A DNA stretch of 64,000 nucleotides, from the NCBI GenBank assembly GCA_963744145.1, contig CAVUSO010000001.1, positions 2,336,001 to 2,400,000 on the forward strand, given 5' to 3'. Below the pieces are notes generated by a model. That model was not told the origin of the DNA and searched no databases. It saw only the letters and a list, made by a program, of their open reading frames with translations. Each line of letters begins with the position of its first letter. Position 1 is the stretch's first letter. Shown in pieces: positions 61,683-64,000 of the stretch. Made by a program: the position numbers and the translations under genes. The DNA comes from an uncultured cyanobacterium. Lineage in GTDB: Bacteria; Cyanobacteriota; Cyanobacteriia; Cyanobacteriales; CAWUOF01.

Positions 61683-64000
61683 ATGAAATTTCAAAAAATA
61701 AGATTGACGGCAATATTATCATTTTTAATAACGCTAAGTACGGGTGAATTTCCTACTATTATTAATTCTCAATTGAAAATATCTTCTTCATTGGCGATCG
61801 CCCAAATAAATATTGTCCAAACAAATGCTGATAAAAAAGCTGAGGCTGACAGGTTATTAAAACAAGGTATTGAGCAGTATCAAAATAGTCAATTTCAAGC
61901 GGCATTACAATCTTGGCAACAAGCACTAATCATTTGTCGCGAAATTAAAGACCGCTCTGGTGAGGGTAATGCTCTGGGCAATCTCGGACTTGCTTACTAT
62001 TCTCTCGGTAACTACACCAAAGCCATTGATTACCATCAACAACATTTGGTGATCGCCCGGGAAATCAAAGACTACAAAGCTGAAGGGTATGCTCTAGGTA
62101 ATCTGGGCAATGCTTATCATTATCTTGGCCAACACACTACCGCTATTGATTACTATAAACAGGCATTAACGATCGCCCGGAAAATTAAAGGCCGCGAAAT
62201 AGAAGGGAAAATTTTGCTAGGGCTGGGTCTTGCATACGATTCTCTTGGTAACTACACAAAAGCGATTGACTATTATCAGCAAAGCTTAGTAATTACCCGA
62301 GAAATTAAAGACATACAAACTGAGAATATAGCTCTAGAAAGGCTAAGACTTGCTCAAATAAATGTAGACCCAAAAACTAAAGCCCGGAAATCGGAAGCTG
62401 ACAGACTATGGCAACAAGGGAGACAGCAGGATAAAACCAGTCAATTTCAAGCGGCATTACAATCTTGGCAACAAGCACTAATCATTTATCAAGAAATCAA
62501 AGACCGCCAAAGTGAGGGTAATACTCTGAACTATCTGGGACTTGTTTACAGTCATCTTGATCAATACACCAAAGCGATAGAGTACGAACAGCAAAGTTTG
62601 GCGATCGCTCGCGAAATTAAAGACAGTCAAACTGAGGGGGTTGCTCTAGACAATTTGGGAAACGTTTACCATTCTCTTGGCGAATACACCATAGCAATCG
62701 ATTGCCATAAACTGGCATTACTGATCTATCACAAAATTAAAGACCGTCAAGGTGAGGATCATGTTCTGAACAATCTGGGACTCACTTACCATTCTCTTGG
62801 CGAATACACTATAGCAATTGATTACTTTAAACAGGCATTAGTGATCGCCCGTGAAAGTAAAGACCGTCAAAGTGAGGGTTATGCTCTGGGCAATCTGGGA
62901 AACGCTTACGATTCTCTTGGCAAACACCACACGGCAATTAATTACTATAAACAGACATTATTGATCGCCCGTGAAAGTAAAGACCGTCAAAGTGAGGAAA
63001 CGGCTCTGGGCAATCTGGGACTTGCTTACCAGAATCTCGGCCAATACCCCACAGCAATTAATTACCATAACCAGCAATTGGCGAGTTCCCGGGAAATTAA
63101 AGACCGTCAAGGTGAGGGTATAAGTCTGAACAATCTGGGACTTGATTACTATTTTCTCGGTCAATATCCTACAGCAATTGATTACCATAAACAGGGATTA
63201 GTGATCGCCCGCAAAATTAAATACCGTCAACTTGAGAATATCATTCTAGCTAACTTGGGATTAATTCTCTACAAACAAGGTAATTTCAATACTGCTGAAA
63301 AATCATTATTTGCTAGTATCAATATTTCAGAAACACTAAGAAGTAGATTAGATGATACTGACAAAATATCAATATTTGACACACAAAAGAGTCCATATAT
63401 TAATTTACAAAAAGTATTAGTTGCTGAGAATAAAACTAAAGAAGCCTTAGAAATTTCCGAACGTGGTAGGGCAAGAGCATTTGTTGAGTTATTAGCATCT
63501 CGTTTATCCTCATCAGTTCAAACTAATATTACTCCACTGAATATCCAACAAATACAACAAATCGCATCTGAACAAAACTCAACAGTTGTTGAATATTCAA
63601 TTATTTGGGATGAATCTATATATATTTGGGTAGTAAAGCCTACTGGTGAAATTGTGTTTCACCAACTAGATATCAAGTCTTTAAACCAGCAACAACATAC
63701 ATCCTTAAAAGATTTCGTTAACAAAAGTCGTAACTCTATTGGAGTAAGAGGATTACCCGTTCGTGCAGGTCTAACCATACCATCTAATATCCTAGCATTC
63801 CTAGAAAAAACCGATGAAGCTACTGCTAAAGATCATCTTCGACAACTCTATCAAATTCTCATCCAGCCGATCGCCGACATCCTACCAAAAGACCCCAACC
63901 AGCGAGTTATTTTCATTCCCCATGATGCTCTCTTTCTAGTCCCATTCCCCGCATTGTTAGATGCCAATGGTAAATACTTAATCGAACAACACACAATTTT
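61683..64000 (+). CDS. TPR-repeat + CHAT-domain protein (runs off the window)
   Basis: ATG at 61683 with a signal-like N-terminus, many 40-aa TPR units (EGNALGNLGLAY..AIDYHQQ), EALEISERGRARAF and the CHAT start IFIPHDALFLVPFPAL. It is missing from the ORF track because there is no stop within the window. Confidence 0.88.
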   Translation, partial: MKFQKIRLTAILSFLITLSTGEFPTIINSQLKISSSLAIAQINIVQTNADKKAEADRLLKQGIEQYQNSQFQAALQSWQQALIICREIKDRSGEGNALGNLGLAYYSLGNYTKAIDYHQQHLVIAREIKDYKAEGYALGNLGNAYHYLGQHTTAIDYYKQALTIARKIKGREIEGKILLGLGLAYDSLGNYTKAIDYYQQSLVITREIKDIQTENIALERLRLAQINVDPKTKARKSEADRLWQQGRQQDKTSQFQAALQSWQQALIIYQEIKDRQSEGNTLNYLGLVYSHLDQYTKAIEYEQQSLAIAREIKDSQTEGVALDNLGNVYHSLGEYTIAIDCHKLALLIYHKIKDRQGEDHVLNNLGLTYHSLGEYTIAIDYFKQALVIARESKDRQSEGYALGNLGNAYDSLGKHHTAINYYKQTLLIARESKDRQSEETALGNLGLAYQNLGQYPTAINYHNQQLASSREIKDRQGEGISLNNLGLDYYFLGQYPTAIDYHKQGLVIARKIKYRQLENIILANLGLILYKQGNFNTAEKSLFASINISETLRSRLDDTDKISIFDTQKSPYINLQKVLVAENKTKEALEISERGRARAFVELLASRLSSSVQTNITPLNIQQIQQIASEQNSTVVEYSIIWDESIYIWVVKPTGEIVFHQLDIKSLNQQQHTSLKDFVNKSRNSIGVRGLPVRAGLTIPSNILAFLEKTDEATAKDHLRQLYQILIQPIADILPKDPNQRVIFIPHDALFLVPFPALLDANGKYLIEQHTI

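Noticed and set aside
61683..64000. TPR-CHAT as the Csx29 protease of a type III-E (Craspase) system
   Set aside because: There is no Cas7-11 or other type III gene in view, it is 50 kb from the array, and it has the signal-peptide architecture typical of stand-alone cyanobacterial TPR-CHAT proteins.

Overview
Cyanobacterial chromosomal window (abundant HIP1 GCGATCGC octamers, cyanobacterial-type dnaA/dnaN, hyp, xisH/xisI and Uma2 genes) that probably contains the replication origin. The main observation is at the left. A class I SAM-dependent methyltransferase gene is split into a 5' half (13539-13828) and a 3' half (167-469) by a ~13.07 kb insertion (470-13538) with the dinucleotide GC at both junctions. 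Removing the insertion restores an in-frame 196-aa protein (...NSWD-A-IVSIFCH...). The insertion holds a cas-less CRISPR array of ~130 repeats (type I-D-like repeat, with leader, one spacer interrupted by an intact IS630) and an IS607-family serine-recombinase tnpA plus a tnpB with pro-Fanzor-like RuvC motifs. Each of these two genes carries a single +1 frameshift. I read this as an IS607 element that mobilised or captured a whole CRISPR array; this is inference. The spacers also show a GTA PAM (from two overlapping spacers) and two synonymous-codon variants of one target. The rest of the window holds cydAB, a 6.5 kb zone of decayed toxin-antitoxin, NACHT and caspase fragments, xisHI, hypFCDE with a MITE, an ISAs1 remnant with a truncated hsdM, an AlbA/RecG-like ATPase, dnaN-oriC-dnaA, housekeeping genes (htrA-like, def, terD-like, queC, relA/spoT), transporters, SNF2+SWIM, a caspase-family protein and a TPR-CHAT gene running off the end. 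All counts and alignments were done by eye and no database searches were run.
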